Shown here in pieces: positions 49,223 to 62,153 of a stretch of DNA of 64,000 nucleotides. The stretch covers positions 12,648,001 through 12,712,000 of the forward strand of contig CM120646.1 of the NCBI GenBank assembly GCA_051362555.1, in the 5' to 3' direction. This DNA is from Lingula anatina. Taxonomy: Eukaryota; Animalia; Brachiopoda. A program made the translations under genes and the position numbers. Numbering within the stretch: position 1 is the first letter of the stretch; the number at the start of each line of letters is the position of its first letter. The notes below the pieces were generated by a model. That model saw only the letters and a list, made by a program, of their open reading frames with translations. It was not told the DNA's origin and did not search any database.

Positions 49223-51448
49223 CTATTTCCCACTGGACATGTATCCCTGTCTGGTCGTCCGTGGACTGCTGGTGACCGTGCTGGGCAAAGCAGGGTCAGG
49301 GTCGTTAGGGTAGATCTCACAAGGAAAGGTTTGACCCCATTGGAACACGTTAGTCATGCCGCACCTGGCCATGTGGTTCCGTGAGCTTGGAGGCGGTAGA
49401 TACGTGCGTGACCTGCAAGAGCCCTTTTGCCAAATATCCGGCTCCCATTCTTGTTCAGGGGTAAGGTAAGCCTTGGAAAATAACAAGTGAAATTGCTTAT
49501 TTAATTTTGGGATGTTACATGCAATATTGACGAACTTATAGAAATCTTAAATATTGATTATGTCCATCGACCAACGACATGAAATATAACTCATTTTTTG
49601 ACTCTGTCAATTATGTAATTCTTGTTTATATTTTCAATCAGTTACTCAATTTTAAAAAGAGTCAAAGTAATAGATACCTTGTTCTTTTTCTCAACAAAAA
49701 CAACATCAATAAATCTAAAACATGATCTCATTTTCATAGATAAAGCAAAACAAAAAACAAATCTCTCCCTCAGTGAAGCTCGTTAAATCAATATACGATA
49801 TCAAAGCTTGATGCCGCGTACCTTCAAATCAAACCAGCCGCTCCAAGTTCTGGAACAGTCCATGAGCACGTCCAGCATCCAGTAGTGACTTCCCCACTTG
49901 TTCCGCGGGGTGTAACCGAAACCGTCGTTCTCGGCGCGAAAGTCATCATACTTGCTGCATCGTACAAAGGTGAAAAAAAAACAGACTTATCGACAAAATA
50001 AGGTAAATTAAACAATCTGTTAAAACTACACACAGAGCCTTAATCTTGAAATCAAAATGCTCGTTTTATTATCAGTGATTGTTCAATTAGTACAGTTCAT
50101 AATCAAATTCAGTGGTACACAAAGCCAAACGGCTGTCAAAAATCACTCTACCTCCTTTCACTTTGTTGAGCAAGTCTAAATATTAATAAACAAACAATTA
50201 ACATTATGCATAATACTCACAAAGGATATCTGCAATTAAAATCGCCCGGGGGGCACCACTGCCCTCGCGAATACCGTCCACTAGTCGTCCACATCATGGG
50301 TGTACCTTGGGCCGGGGTATACACGGTGGTTGACCTCACGAAGCCCTGGCCCTGCTCGGGACCGTACCAGTCCAGGTAGTTGTCCCCCTGGCACCAGGTT
50401 TTGTATTTATACCCAAAGTAGTGCCCACGGGTTGTCCAGATGTGCCGAATGGGGATGCTACATGGGTCAACAGTGGCGTTGCGGACACAATCCGGTCGTC
50501 TACTGTGGTCTAGACCTACAGGTGAGGGAGAGGATTTTACTTCTTTGTAACTTATCTTTTTTATTGTATTCAGTTATACTTCCAATGAGCATCTAACGAT
50601 TGGTGGTGGTATAAGGGGCAGTAAATTCTCTTTAACAGTCAAATATTTTTGTTGAAAAATATTTACTTAAAAAACAAGCTCAAATAATGATTTATCAATT
50701 ATAAATTGCGTAGGCTTATTATACCTAGGTCATGTGCACATGGGTCTGTTAATTGCAAAATAATAAACTGATTTTGTATAAACCATACGTACCTCCTCGA
50801 AGAAAGACATACTGTGAAGGTGACGTCTCTTTGTGGATGAATATGATGGTCCTTTGCCAGTCACTGCTCATATAAAGTAAAAAAAATACGACATGTATAC
50901 ACCACGTGCATAGGCCAAGGTAAACAAAGATGTCCTCAACATGCGTCTACGCAAATATGGAGTTAGTACACATTATCACTTATCTTCAGCGCAGTACATG
51001 AAAAGGGGTTGTATTTTTTTATGACGTTAATTACCACACATCACTGCCATACATACTGAACATAAGCATTCTCCTTTCTCAGTTATTCATCTGTCTTGAG
51101 GTTACCATAAACAGTAAGCCACAAGTACCAGGCCCGTAGCCGAGGGGGCTTCGAGGGTTTCTAAAGAACCGCCCTTTTTGCTTTTCACTCTGGGTAAAAT
51201 TTCTTCTAGGTACATAAAGTTTTCATGGTAAACGGTCCTCTTTTTCAGAAATAGACCCCTTTTGAAATTGCCGGCTATGGGCCTGAGTACATTCATTTCT
51301 CAATATCAAAATACTGCGATTATGATGATTATGATGATAGTAATGGTAACATGATATTAAGATAGCCAAACCGTGCTACTCACCTCGTAGAAACTTGGGC
51401 AGAAGAAGCACAGGCCAAGACCAATAAGGCGAGAACACTCGGCACCAT
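49223..51448 (-). CDS. Secreted stand-alone alpha-amylase C-terminal-domain-like protein, copy B (270 aa)
   Basis: Exons 51448-51384, 50863-50793, 50515-50221, 49954-49822, 49471-49223. The sum is 813 nt, in frame, all GT-AG, with a signal peptide and the same motif series as copy A. Confidence 0.87.
51129..51285. mobile_element. MITE (157 bp) in intron 1 of copy B
   Basis: TIR CAGGCCC(G/A)TAGCCG with a 5-bp TSD AGTAC. The homologous intron of copy A (~47589) lacks it. Confidence 0.8.
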
Positions 51449-52304
51449 TGTCTTTGGCAAAAGTTATAGTTATAACACTGGGGAATAAGGAACGGCAGGT
51501 TTTATACAACAGGATACGACCTTGATCCAAACCAATTGTCTAGACGAACATCCTGTTTTTGATGATTCGGTGTTTGTTACCGTTGATTGTGGTGAAGGAA
51601 AAGCTGATACCACCACTGAATAACCTTGAATTTATTAAAGGGATAACAGTTGTTACATTTGACAAAAGAGCAGATTATTCGGGGTAAACGACGATTTTTC
51701 CATTAAAACATGCACGAGTTAACCATATTTATGCAGAAGTGGTTATCTTATGTTGTACAGAGGTAGCTTTGATTGATAAAACCTTCTGTGTATATATTGA
51801 AGTTACTATTACAGCAGTTTATTACTTATAAAGGTAATGCTTTGGGCAAAGTTGGTTTTATTCATGTATTCATTTATTTTGTACAAAACTGTAGGTCGGC
51901 CATGTTAGACTATGTTTGTTTCCAGATTAGAAAGTCACGACACACGCGGCTTGGCGTTTGTGATAAGGCAAGCATACCAAACTGTTTATTTGTGGTCGCA
52001 TGTTTGAAAGTAGCGACCACGACGTTTGTCAATAACTCCATTTATGTCTCCTCATTAAGAGTATCATCATTTGCCTACACTTGTAGGTGTGTGGAGACCT
52101 TTCCAAAGAATGTTTCAGTCAGGCGACTTTACCATAATACAAAAACAGACATAATTATTAAAAAATACATTATAATCACCATTTATCAAGCATTTAATTA
52201 CTTTTGCAAGTACCGGTGTATGAAATGTTTTCAAATCATGCACTTAATTAGTCCAAAAGATATTATCTCTTAATGGGATTGGTATCTGCTACCCGAAACA
52301 GCAG

Positions 52305-54983
52305 CTAATAATTATCCGGTAGAGCAGGGTGGGGGTCGTTAGGGAAGATCTCACAAGGAAAGGCTTGCCCCCACTGGAACACGTTAGTCATGCCGCACCT
52401 GGCCATGTGGTTCCGTGAGTTTGGAAGGGGCTGACTAAATCTCTGACATGTCCCCTGCTGCCAGATATCGGGTTCCCACTGGTTCTCTGGGGCAAGATAG
52501 GCCTGGAATTGATCATTTTCAAAATAAACTTAAGACGACGACGACAAAACTAAATTTGATCCTATATACAATTATTCTATAGCGAAACTGATAAATGAGA
52601 TGCACACACGATCAGATCGCTTTTGACTAAGAATACATTATTTTCCGTTACCTTATGTATGTCATTTCTAATTATTTTGTAGACGCTTGGGAGCACATGC
52701 AGTAGTCTCCAATGTTTTGCAATACATTCTGCCCACGCGTCTTCTTAGACTGCATTCCAACAGACTTAGATCGATCCGTCTGGATCGACCTCACTCCCTG
52801 GGGGTTCAGGCTAAATTGCTGTCAGTCGAGCGCGCACTTTAGTTAATTACCCCCTTACAGCTTTTAGTAGGCGGGGCAGACATTTAAGCCGGTTCAGCTG
52901 ACACCAACCTAGTGAGACTCCCCAGGGGGATAGATCGATCTAAAAATCGGTAGGAATGCAGTCTTAGATTAACACTTCTGAAACATGCAATGTGTATGAC
53001 ATGGACTAGTCCTAATTTTCCTCTGCACCACATGCGTTCTCATCAATTTACCTTTAAATAAAACCAACCACCCTCAGTTCTCGAACAATCCATCATGGCG
53101 TCCAACATCCAGTAATGGTAGCCCCATTTGTTCCGCGGTGTGTACCCTACACCATCCCTTTCGGCTATCAAATTGTCGTACCGGCTGCAAAAAATGTGAA
53201 GTTTGTAGTATTTTTCTTTGTTTTATAATACAATTTCTATATGGTATTTTTTCTAAATAGTATTTATAACGTTTAGATGCGTGCATGTGCGGTTTTAATC
53301 CACATAGTATTTTTTTATCAAACTCTGGGTAATTTGTAATCAAAGCAGGAATATGCTCCACAACTTAAAAGTAGGATAGGATTTTAAATGAAACACCGAT
53401 GCCACAATTTCCTGCTGAATGGCTCATCAGCTGTTAAATTGAAACCCGTGTCATTTAATGCTTGGTGATTACCTTAATGCAAACGATGACTATTATGAAT
53501 GATGATATGACTGTGTTTATTGCCCGTCTATTCACACAAGGTCACCTTGTATACATACTAGATATATCTACAGCCAAAGTCATCAGGAGGGCACCAACGA
53601 CCCCGTGAATATCGCTCGTGTGTGGTCCAAATCATAGGGGTTCCCTGGGCCGGGGTTCCCGGAGACCCTGCCGTCGCCCCTGGCAGGGTGCCTTGGCCCT
53701 GTTCGGCTCCGTACCAGTCCAGGTAGTTGTCCCCTTGGCTCCAGGCGCTGTACTTGCTCCCCCAGCGGCTCGTCCAGATGTGACGCAGTGGTATGTGACA
53801 GGGGTCATTGTTTCGGACACAGTCTGGCCGGCGAGCGTGATCTATACCTTTATAAAATGAGATAGTGTTGTTTTGTGTTTTCATCGAAAAGATGTATGAA
53901 TTTAGTAAGGTTAATTATGACAATAGCATGTTGTGGTAAATAGTTTTATTAAAATATTAATTGCGAGGACTTCATAACGCTTTTATTTTGTTACTCTGAA
54001 TGACTGTTTCAACCTTTGAATATAAAATACACAAAGCAGATCCGCTAACAAAATTATATAACAAAATGTAATATCGCATTCAAAACAGCGGGCTAACAAA
54101 TCCGCAGATCAAATTTGGCGACCCACTCAAAAACTTGCCACTTAATTCCCGATTAGACACTGAATAATTCCCCGCGGGGATTACGTAACAAGCAATCAGG
54201 TGGGTCGGCCATATTTGATCCGCGGATCTGTTAGTTGGCTGTTCTGAATACGCTCTAAGGAGCCCTTCCTTTTTGATAAAAGTATATATCCAGATAAATC
54301 TGTGTCAATAATGTAGTTACTCATACAAAGTAAACAGCTTTACGAAGATAAAAACTCCCAAATTCTTTACCTCCTCTCAAGAAGACATACTCCGACGGCG
54401 TAGTATTTCTGTGGATGAAGATAATGGTTCTTTTCCAATCGCTGCAAATCGAAATCTTGATCAAGAGACATGTACGTAATTTGAAACATCTTGGTTACAG
54501 TTTCGATCATTAACTACCTCTTCCCCCTTTTATATATATATATAGATACCCTCCCGCCATGCCCCCCTTTCTTTTCAGTAAGTTTCGCTATTTTTCAATC
54601 AATATGTAGACATGTAAAGCAGTAACTCGAATTTAGGTCTGTTGATTACTTTAAAATTTAAATTTTGGTTTTGCTGAAAATATAACATTTATGTGTGATG
54701 TAATTTATTCGGATTCTATAAAGTGAGACCGAGCAAACTGATATGACATCGACTGATAAAACTTGACCCTATGGCTTTAAACGTACAGTAATGGTATAAT
54801 ATTAAGGCTTTACCTCTGTGACACCCTTGTAAAGAAGGTAAATTTACCTCAAATATTGACATGAATATCCGTGTTGGGCATTATATGGCGCCGTTCGAAA
54901 AAGGTATTTATTTTAACGTGACGACTCAGTCGCATTGTCAGCCAGCCATTTGAACATTCTGCCATACTACTGAATAATGATAA

Positions 54984-55023
<40 letters not shown>

Positions 55024-55117
55024 AATCGTACTGCAACAGTACTCACCTCTCCGCCTCCACCAGATGACCAGCTAAGACGCTGTACAGGACCAACAGTGGA
55101 CACACAGGCAGCAACAT
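52305..55117 (-). CDS. Secreted stand-alone alpha-amylase C-terminal-domain-like protein, copy C (253 aa)
   Basis: Exons 55117-55047 ([22 protein letters not shown]), 54441-54371, 53847-53559, 53184-53052, 52502-52305. The sum is 762 nt, in frame, all GT-AG, with the same intron positions and phases as A and B. Confidence 0.87.
52748..52963. mobile_element. PIF/Harbinger-like MITE (216 bp) in intron 4 of copy C
   Basis: TIR GACTGCATTCC / GGAATGCAGTC with subterminal TAGATCGATC and TTA on both sides. Confidence 0.75.
54075..54252. mobile_element. Palindromic MITE-like element in intron 2 of copy C
   Basis: ~50-bp imperfect inverted arms (cgcattcaaaacagc..atccgcagatcaaat..cgacccac / gtgggtcg..atttgatccgcggat..gctgttctgaatacg). 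TSD not clear. Confidence 0.6.
54985..55021. repeat. (CA)n microsatellite
   Basis: Seen directly. Confidence 0.95.
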
Positions 55118-55765
55118 TGTGTCGAACGTCCAACTATTTAGAGAGCTTACCAACAGTGACTCCCCTAACAGGATCTAACTGCTGTACTTCTAGTGTGGGC
55201 TTCATTCACTATTTTATTACCCCGATTTTTGGGTTGTGTTAGTACATAGCAATAAATGTTATAGTAAAATAAACTGAAATTTCGTTGCTCAAATCAAGTG
55301 ATTGTATTTGGTTCTGGAAGGCACGATAGTGAAACATGATAGAGCTCGGTAAAACCGTAGCATAACATTTAACCCAATAAAACAAATAATAGCGGTATGA
55401 TTGCCAAATAATTATATCAGTCGTTATGTTTTTATTCAGATAATGGGGCAGAAAATTGTTGAAAACAGATGCCGAATACCATATGTCAGTCACGACGTCT
55501 GCACAGATGTTACAAATATGCGTCTGTCGCCCTTTCTCGAGCTACTTTAGTCTACTTTTTTTTTTTTTTTTGTCGTCTCTGAATTATGAATAATGTTGCA
55601 CAATACATCTATATGTATGCAATGCAGTTTAATGAAGATATCAAGGCCTTTTTGGTGGGTGACAAACGCAATACAAACTTGATTTTCGAATACTGTTCAT
55701 TATTACCGCATATCATTATTATCATTCACCATGTTATATCGACTTTATAAAAATAACCAACTAAA

Positions 55766-56949
55766 TCAAAATATGAAAAAGCTGTGTAAAATAAAGGCGC
55801 TTATCACAACTACTAATATGAAATAAGGCCTGACTCCTGTATTCGAGTTAGTCGCATACACCAGTTTAGTCCCCCAAGCCGTCTTTATTTTTCTTATCGG
55901 TGGGACCGTTCGTCCATAGGCTTTATTAAAACACCTTTCCCTCATTATTTCATGCTTATGCTTGTTACATTTTCTCTCCAGCTCTCTGTCCGATGCGTTC
56001 TCTCCTTTTACTCTCTTTAAACACGCGTCTCTTTCCCGTGGATTTAAACCTTGGCACTTGGTGAAGTCAAAATCTATTGACGTCACTTCCTGTGGAATTC
56101 CGTCACCGCCGTTGCAGTAGCTGGTTGTGCACGAGACCACACAAGATTTTGATTGGCCGTTTGTGTTGCAGAAATTCCCACGCGAGAGGTCCTCACAATT
56201 GCGTGACACTGACACAACTTTCCCTGTGTAAGAAAGAATGAATTAAGATTTACTAGTGAGTTGCTTAGGGAAAAATATGTATGTTGTGGTGGGGTTAGAT
56301 TACGGGAGCCAATGGGTTCAAATTGCTCTGTAAGACTGAAAGGGAAACGCCCCCGTCTGAGGCCTAAAATTAATTTTTAAAAATATCAATTTCTTGTCAT
56401 TTGCAATCATTTTCAATAATCAAAGCATGTTTCAACACCTACCTCTGATGAATTCAACAGAAGACGTACAATACTGCAACTCACAGGGCACAGTGCTGAT
56501 GCCTTTGAACAGCCCGGGTCTATCTACACACGCCGTGTCCTCGTCCGACCGCGTGTAGCTACAGTGATAACATGTCTTAGGGCGCCGATGCTTCTTGGTA
56601 CTAGTAGTGAGAGTCGTTGTGATCGCTGTACTATTGTCTGGTATATCGGTGACACTGTTATTTCCTACCGATGCAAAAAGAGTATTATTATAATGTAGAC
56701 ACTGCATTATCAACAACGAAAACTATCTTGTTCGTAATAAATGTGTTCAAACCTAAATCAGGCCTTGGAAGACGCTTTTAAAGTTCAATTTTCATTTAGT
56801 TAATCGGACAATTGGTCCGTCAAAGATCATTTAATCAACAGGTGCAGTAAAAAAAATACCTCACCATTATCTGATGCTACCAATGCGGAGAACAACGCCA
56901 GAGTGGTCACTGCCAGTGTGAAATACACTGACGTCATTTCTGCTCGCAT
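55766..56949 (-). CDS. Ly6/uPAR (three-finger, quiver-like) protein 1, predicted GPI-anchored (254 aa)
   Basis: Exons 56949-56865 (signal), 56664-56443 (CYHC..C..C..C), 56223-55766 (RNC..C..C..SCTTSYCN, extra Cys pairs, hydrophobic C-terminus). 765 nt in frame. Confidence 0.85.
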
Positions 56950-57970
56950 TCCCTCTGAATCTTAATGAGAGTCACTTTACCAAATATACAATCATGTCAC
57001 ATAGGCAGGAATGTGTCAGTTTGACCCAAGTTCAACCTCCTTTAGAGTTTTTTAACTTTGTGACCTCAGCTCTTCCTGCTCACTGTGACTCGTCATTCGG
57101 ACACGCCTAAGTGTGAAAATACCTGACCGTGTGCTGATGCTTAGACCACATCACCTAAGTCACAACTATCCATTAACATTAAAGCACGCAAAACCAATCA
57201 CTACAACATAAATACCTTTGGGCGTGGTTTACCCGCCACCTGTGCTTCTTGATGATCGTATATTGGCATCAGCTGATGGCATGCGCACAGATGTTTGTTA
57301 TTTCTCTTCATTCGTGACACCGTGGGTACAATTACCTTGTGCATAGTGATCAAAGTATGGTGTTTATGCACGGCATTGTGACTAACATTCCATCGAGGCT
57401 CAAACCACAAAAGAATTTATCTCCCAGTCGACATACAATATTTCACAAAATTTGCACCATTAAAAAAACGTGTTCGGATAACTGATACCGTCTGCGTATC
57501 TTGAATTAACCAACATTTTGAATCGTAACTCAGATGATTCTCATTTACCATGATCCTCTGAGCTGCAAAACACAGCACTATCCACTTTGCACATTAATTA
57601 TAATTTGAATATTGACAAGCAAATTTTCAAATTTCTTGTTGTAAACAAATTTTATTCATATGTGATCTCAGTTTACAAACTTCGAATAACACATGGTCTA
57701 ATGATATTCACAATCAAATCACTTGCAAATCATAGCATCAACGGTTATTTACCGATTATCATTTTTCTTGAGGTGCCTAAAATTGTATTTCCTCTTTGGG
57801 ACGTAGGCATTTGTTTCTTGCAACTTCATAGCAGTCTTTTTTTTCATGTTGATATTCAGTGTAAAATTAATTCACAAATGAGCAGTAAAATCGCCATTTA
57901 TAGTTACATGATGATAAAGATATTAATCGACGTATCTTTATTAGTTCAGTTTGCAAATATTCGACAGAAT

Positions 57971-59812
57971 TTAGTGATTCAAAACCATCAAGCAGTACAT
58001 CATTGTAACGAAAACAGCGAAATAAGAGAAGGCCCCGTATTGTTTTGACGAACCGCTTTTCGTTTGACTGTCGTTCTGGCCCCGTCCAAGTGCCTTTCGT
58101 CCTCCGGGAGCAGTTTCCTTGGAATTGCTTTTTCTGTCTTTTTCGGGCATTTCCTTTTGCGGATTCCGTGGACCAGGGAGAGATCTATTAGATTCAGGCG
58201 AGTCCTTCGGATAAGCAGAGTTTCCATGACGATCCTCTGAAGCGGAAACGTCACGTGACTTGTGCTGTTGACGTTTGGAGTGTTGGTTGACTTGCTGGCC
58301 GTTCTCAGAAGGGTACCCTCCTATGTAACCAGCCTCGGATTTGGCGCTACTTGGGGCAGCAGGCTGGTCCTCGGTGATTGTATTATCGGGGCGCGGGTTG
58401 ACAACAACACTCTTTGATTGCTCAATCTTGGTGTCAGCACTCGTGCTTTCGGCACCCGGAAACATGTCCTTGCCAGGTGCCCGGATGCCGTGGTTACAGA
58501 AGCTGTTGAAGCACGTGGTATAACACGTCATGTGGGGGCCCCTCCAGTCCTTCACGCACTTGTTGCCGAAGTCCACATTTTCACAGGACCTTGAGATGGA
58601 CATGGTCTGATAGTCGTCAGGACCCAGAGTGTTTGGGGCATCTAGAAACATGGTAAATGATGGCATTCTTTCTCTGACAGAAAGAGATGTGAAAGCAACG
58701 ATTGACAACCATGCCAGTGAATAAATTCAGTTTCGGACGTACCATTACATTAACATTTCGCTTCTTTTACCAAACACTAATACATGCACTTACAATAATT
58801 TATCTACTGCATCCCTCTTAAAGTCATATTGTTATTTTTCCCTTTTGAAAACTAACCTATTAAAGTCCAATGTCAATTATACCGAAAAAGTTAATTTTTG
58901 TCCTACACGTGTCCGAAAACTTTTTTTGTAATATAATCATATGAATATAGAACCATGTATACTTACATGAGGCCCCTGGTTTTAGCATATAGCGGGCGGA
59001 GACTGTGCAGTGTTTCCTGGTACAGTTCACCTGGGATCCCAGCTGCGGATACCGGATACACGACTGATCCGGATACTGGCCCGAACACACGTAGCACATC
59101 TTCCACGACCAACCTGGTAAATCAAATGTACATGTTGTGACTTAATAAACCCAGCTTTTTTTATAATAAGTATCACTAAGCAATATAATACAGTACAACA
59201 GGTGGTTTCACAAAATCTCAAACCAGCAAATTTGAACTACTGAGGATGCCCCTTTGCAACGTAGAGGTTATTCGCAATTTAATTATAATACCAGTACAAC
59301 TTCGTAGTGACGTATCCACTGTAATGGCTTTTTCCTGGTGTTTGAGGTTTTCATCTGAACAGAGACGGCGTGTTACAAGGTATAGCAGCACTGACATTTT
59401 TTTTTTAATTTTATTTCAGTTTTTATACCCATTACTTATGTTGTTAATGTTAGAACAAATACTCCCTTGAGGCAAAAAATCGAATCATTTAAACAGTTGA
59501 CACGCGTACAACTCATTCATAGAACACTTAGAAAGCGACGTCGATTCAAACTAAATACGTGCGAATTGCATATGCAGCTGTCTACGTTCAAAGTAATAAG
59601 ACGCAAAGTAATAAGTACATGTACAGTTAAAGCCACGTATTTGATAGAGTACTTAATGATTAAACTGCTAGTTATCGGAATAGTTCATCCCCTAGTCTCT
59701 TCATGCATCTTGGCACTTTTTCATAATTCAGCATTTTACTGAAGCACTCCTCAAGTAAAGTATGGAATATGACTTCCAAACACACCACCAATACTAGTCG
59801 GTACATATTCAT
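57971..59812 (-). CDS. Ly6/uPAR protein 2 with a long disordered stalk, predicted GPI-anchored (296 aa)
   Basis: Exons 59812-59740 (MNMYRLVLVVCLEVIFHTLLEECFS), 59113-58967 (MCYVC..C..C..C), 58641-57971 (RSC..C..CYTTCFNSFCN, polar stalk, hydrophobic end). 891 nt. Probable 5' UTR intron (acceptor ~59833, donor ~60045). Confidence 0.82.
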
Positions 59813-61581
59813 TATAAACAGAAGGAAACTCCCTGTAGTAAGCAATAAAAAAACAACATTGCAATCACTGAAATCATCAACAACATGTGTTTTTAACCCA
59901 TTGCTTATTTATCCAATCGCTTTGCCATAAATCATCCCAATGCAACATATATTGTACAATCTACCTACCCAGTTTCGCACAAACCAACAATATCAAAAAC
60001 ACACGAACATCCATATTGAAAACGGCTGTAAAGTATCGTCCTCACTCCTTGATTAAATCAACCATTTCATACACCAGTGACGTTGTGTTGATACGAATGT
60101 TTTTAGGGCGGGGTTTGGCATAAAAACTGTCTCGGAATTCCCGGCCACGCCCGTTTGGAATAAACATGAAAGTGACAGCTGGGGAGGCCTCGCGTGACTC
60201 GAACGAGAGACACGTGTTTTGCGTCTTCCTTCTGCAGGAGACATTTGACCTAAGCAACACGTGTGCCCTATGCACGACGGTTATTTGGTTCTTAAAGTGA
60301 TTAATGATTATCTTATGTTGATAATTGTTGCATGCTTGATAATCAAATTAAATTCTATAAGTTGCACTACACTGAATGGAAGCGTGCTATAAACATAATT
60401 TCTCGTAAAGTTTATTTATTCATTTATTGCCAAATTAAATTTGTTAGTTAGTTAGTAAGTAAGTTAGTTACAAAAAAGCAACCTGTTGTACATGTATTTG
60501 CATCAACATCAACATAAAAAAATTGAGACCGCAGTGTCACTATGTTATTCAAGAATGCAACAAAGACTAATCACAACAAGCCCAATTGTGGCTGTCACTC
60601 ATGCTCAACTAGCGCATTTGGAGAAAAAATCGTGTAACTAGATTGTACTTACAGCTTCATGATTTGAAATAAAAAGAGTACAAGTGATATGTAAGTCTTA
60701 TTCTATTCGTAAGCGATTATATAATAAATGAAAAAGAAAATATCTAGCGTATGTTGTCTATTTGCGCCTTTCTTTGTTTTATATCTTAACATTTAAAAAA
60801 CCCTATCTCATGAAAATAAAATATATATCCCAATAAAGCAATAATAGAATTCAATTTCTTAAATAAACTTATTGATTATACTTAAACACTAGTATGTCTT
60901 CTCACAGGCTTTTAGACATAAATTCCAAAGGGCGAGAAGGATCTTCTAAAGAGATGAGCGTTTTTACCCCCTTTTTTCACCTGGGATAGAATCCAAAACA
61001 CGTTTTGATCCAGAGAGGACTTTTTCGACCATAAAGACAGTTACTGATTCCATATCCAACTCGACCCTTTGCTAACTGGCCTAACTCATTATAAAATGTG
61101 AGAATGACTGTTAAGGAAAAATCATTCTCATATATTTATTATTATACCAAATAATTATCTTATAACCTACCGGTAGGTTGCTGAAAGTAATTCAACGCCT
61201 TTCAATTGCTTTAATTCATGCACGGCTCACTTATATATAATCCAAGTTGTAGGATTTAATGAAAATTTTTATCATTTATTAGCGTATCCACCTGCATCTA
61301 TAATGTGACACGTTTAACCTCTCTGTTCCACATCAATGGTCACAGTTTTTTTGGGGAGAGACTTCTGGAATTGCGCGTTTTATACACCCCTTGTAAACTA
61401 TTGTGAACTATTCAAAATACAGCATCATTTAAAAGCAGGAAGTTGTGACTCCCAAAAAAATTTTTAAAAAAACGGGTTATCAAATGTCTATTTGGCTTTC
61501 CTAAAAATTGTATGGTAAACTGTCTTCCTCCGCCCCCTAAAAATTTAAAGAACTCTTTTCCTACAGGTGGAGGACTCCCCA

Positions 61582-62118
61582 ATGGATCTCCGCAATGTTG
61601 TTGTGTCTGCTCTCCTTGTCTTTGCTGTAGTTCTACGTCAACATGGAGCGGAAGGTTGGTGCTTTTTTGACATCTCAATTGTTATTTTCTTTCATTTTTA
61701 TTATTTTTCGAGTTGAGTACTTGTTTTTCATCCCAAATGGTGACGCCATGTTAAAACAGCCATGCTCCGCTATCATTTAGTCGACGCCTACCGAATGATA
61801 GACATGTGTATTTTCGCTCAGCAAAGCACTACCGGAGAACTTGTATAACTACCTTACATATATATATAAGATATACCCATAATAACTGAAAATGCGTTTA
61901 ATACATAAGTGTATGAAAATCTATATAACAACTAACATATGCAGCGTCCTCCTTTCTCTCAGTTGAGGTGAATGGGACGTTTGTTTAGCCACCTGTGTTT
62001 GGTTGAAGTCAGTTGCATGTCGACACGCATCTTCTTCACTACGCTGAATGTATCTAGCACAGGTGAAACCATACTAAATAGCTGGTATATACAGGGTTTT
62101 GAGCGGGGAGAGACACAT

Positions 62119-62153
<35 letters not shown>

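Noticed and set aside
51773-52273. 166-aa plus-strand ORF
   Set aside because: Lies in the duplicated 3' flank; the paralogous region at 45330-45900 does not keep the frame and no motifs are recognisable.
45908-55117. Recent bacterial HGT or contamination as the origin of the amylase-CTD-like genes
   Set aside because: The genes have four conserved spliceosomal introns and host MITEs, so they are long-resident animal genes.
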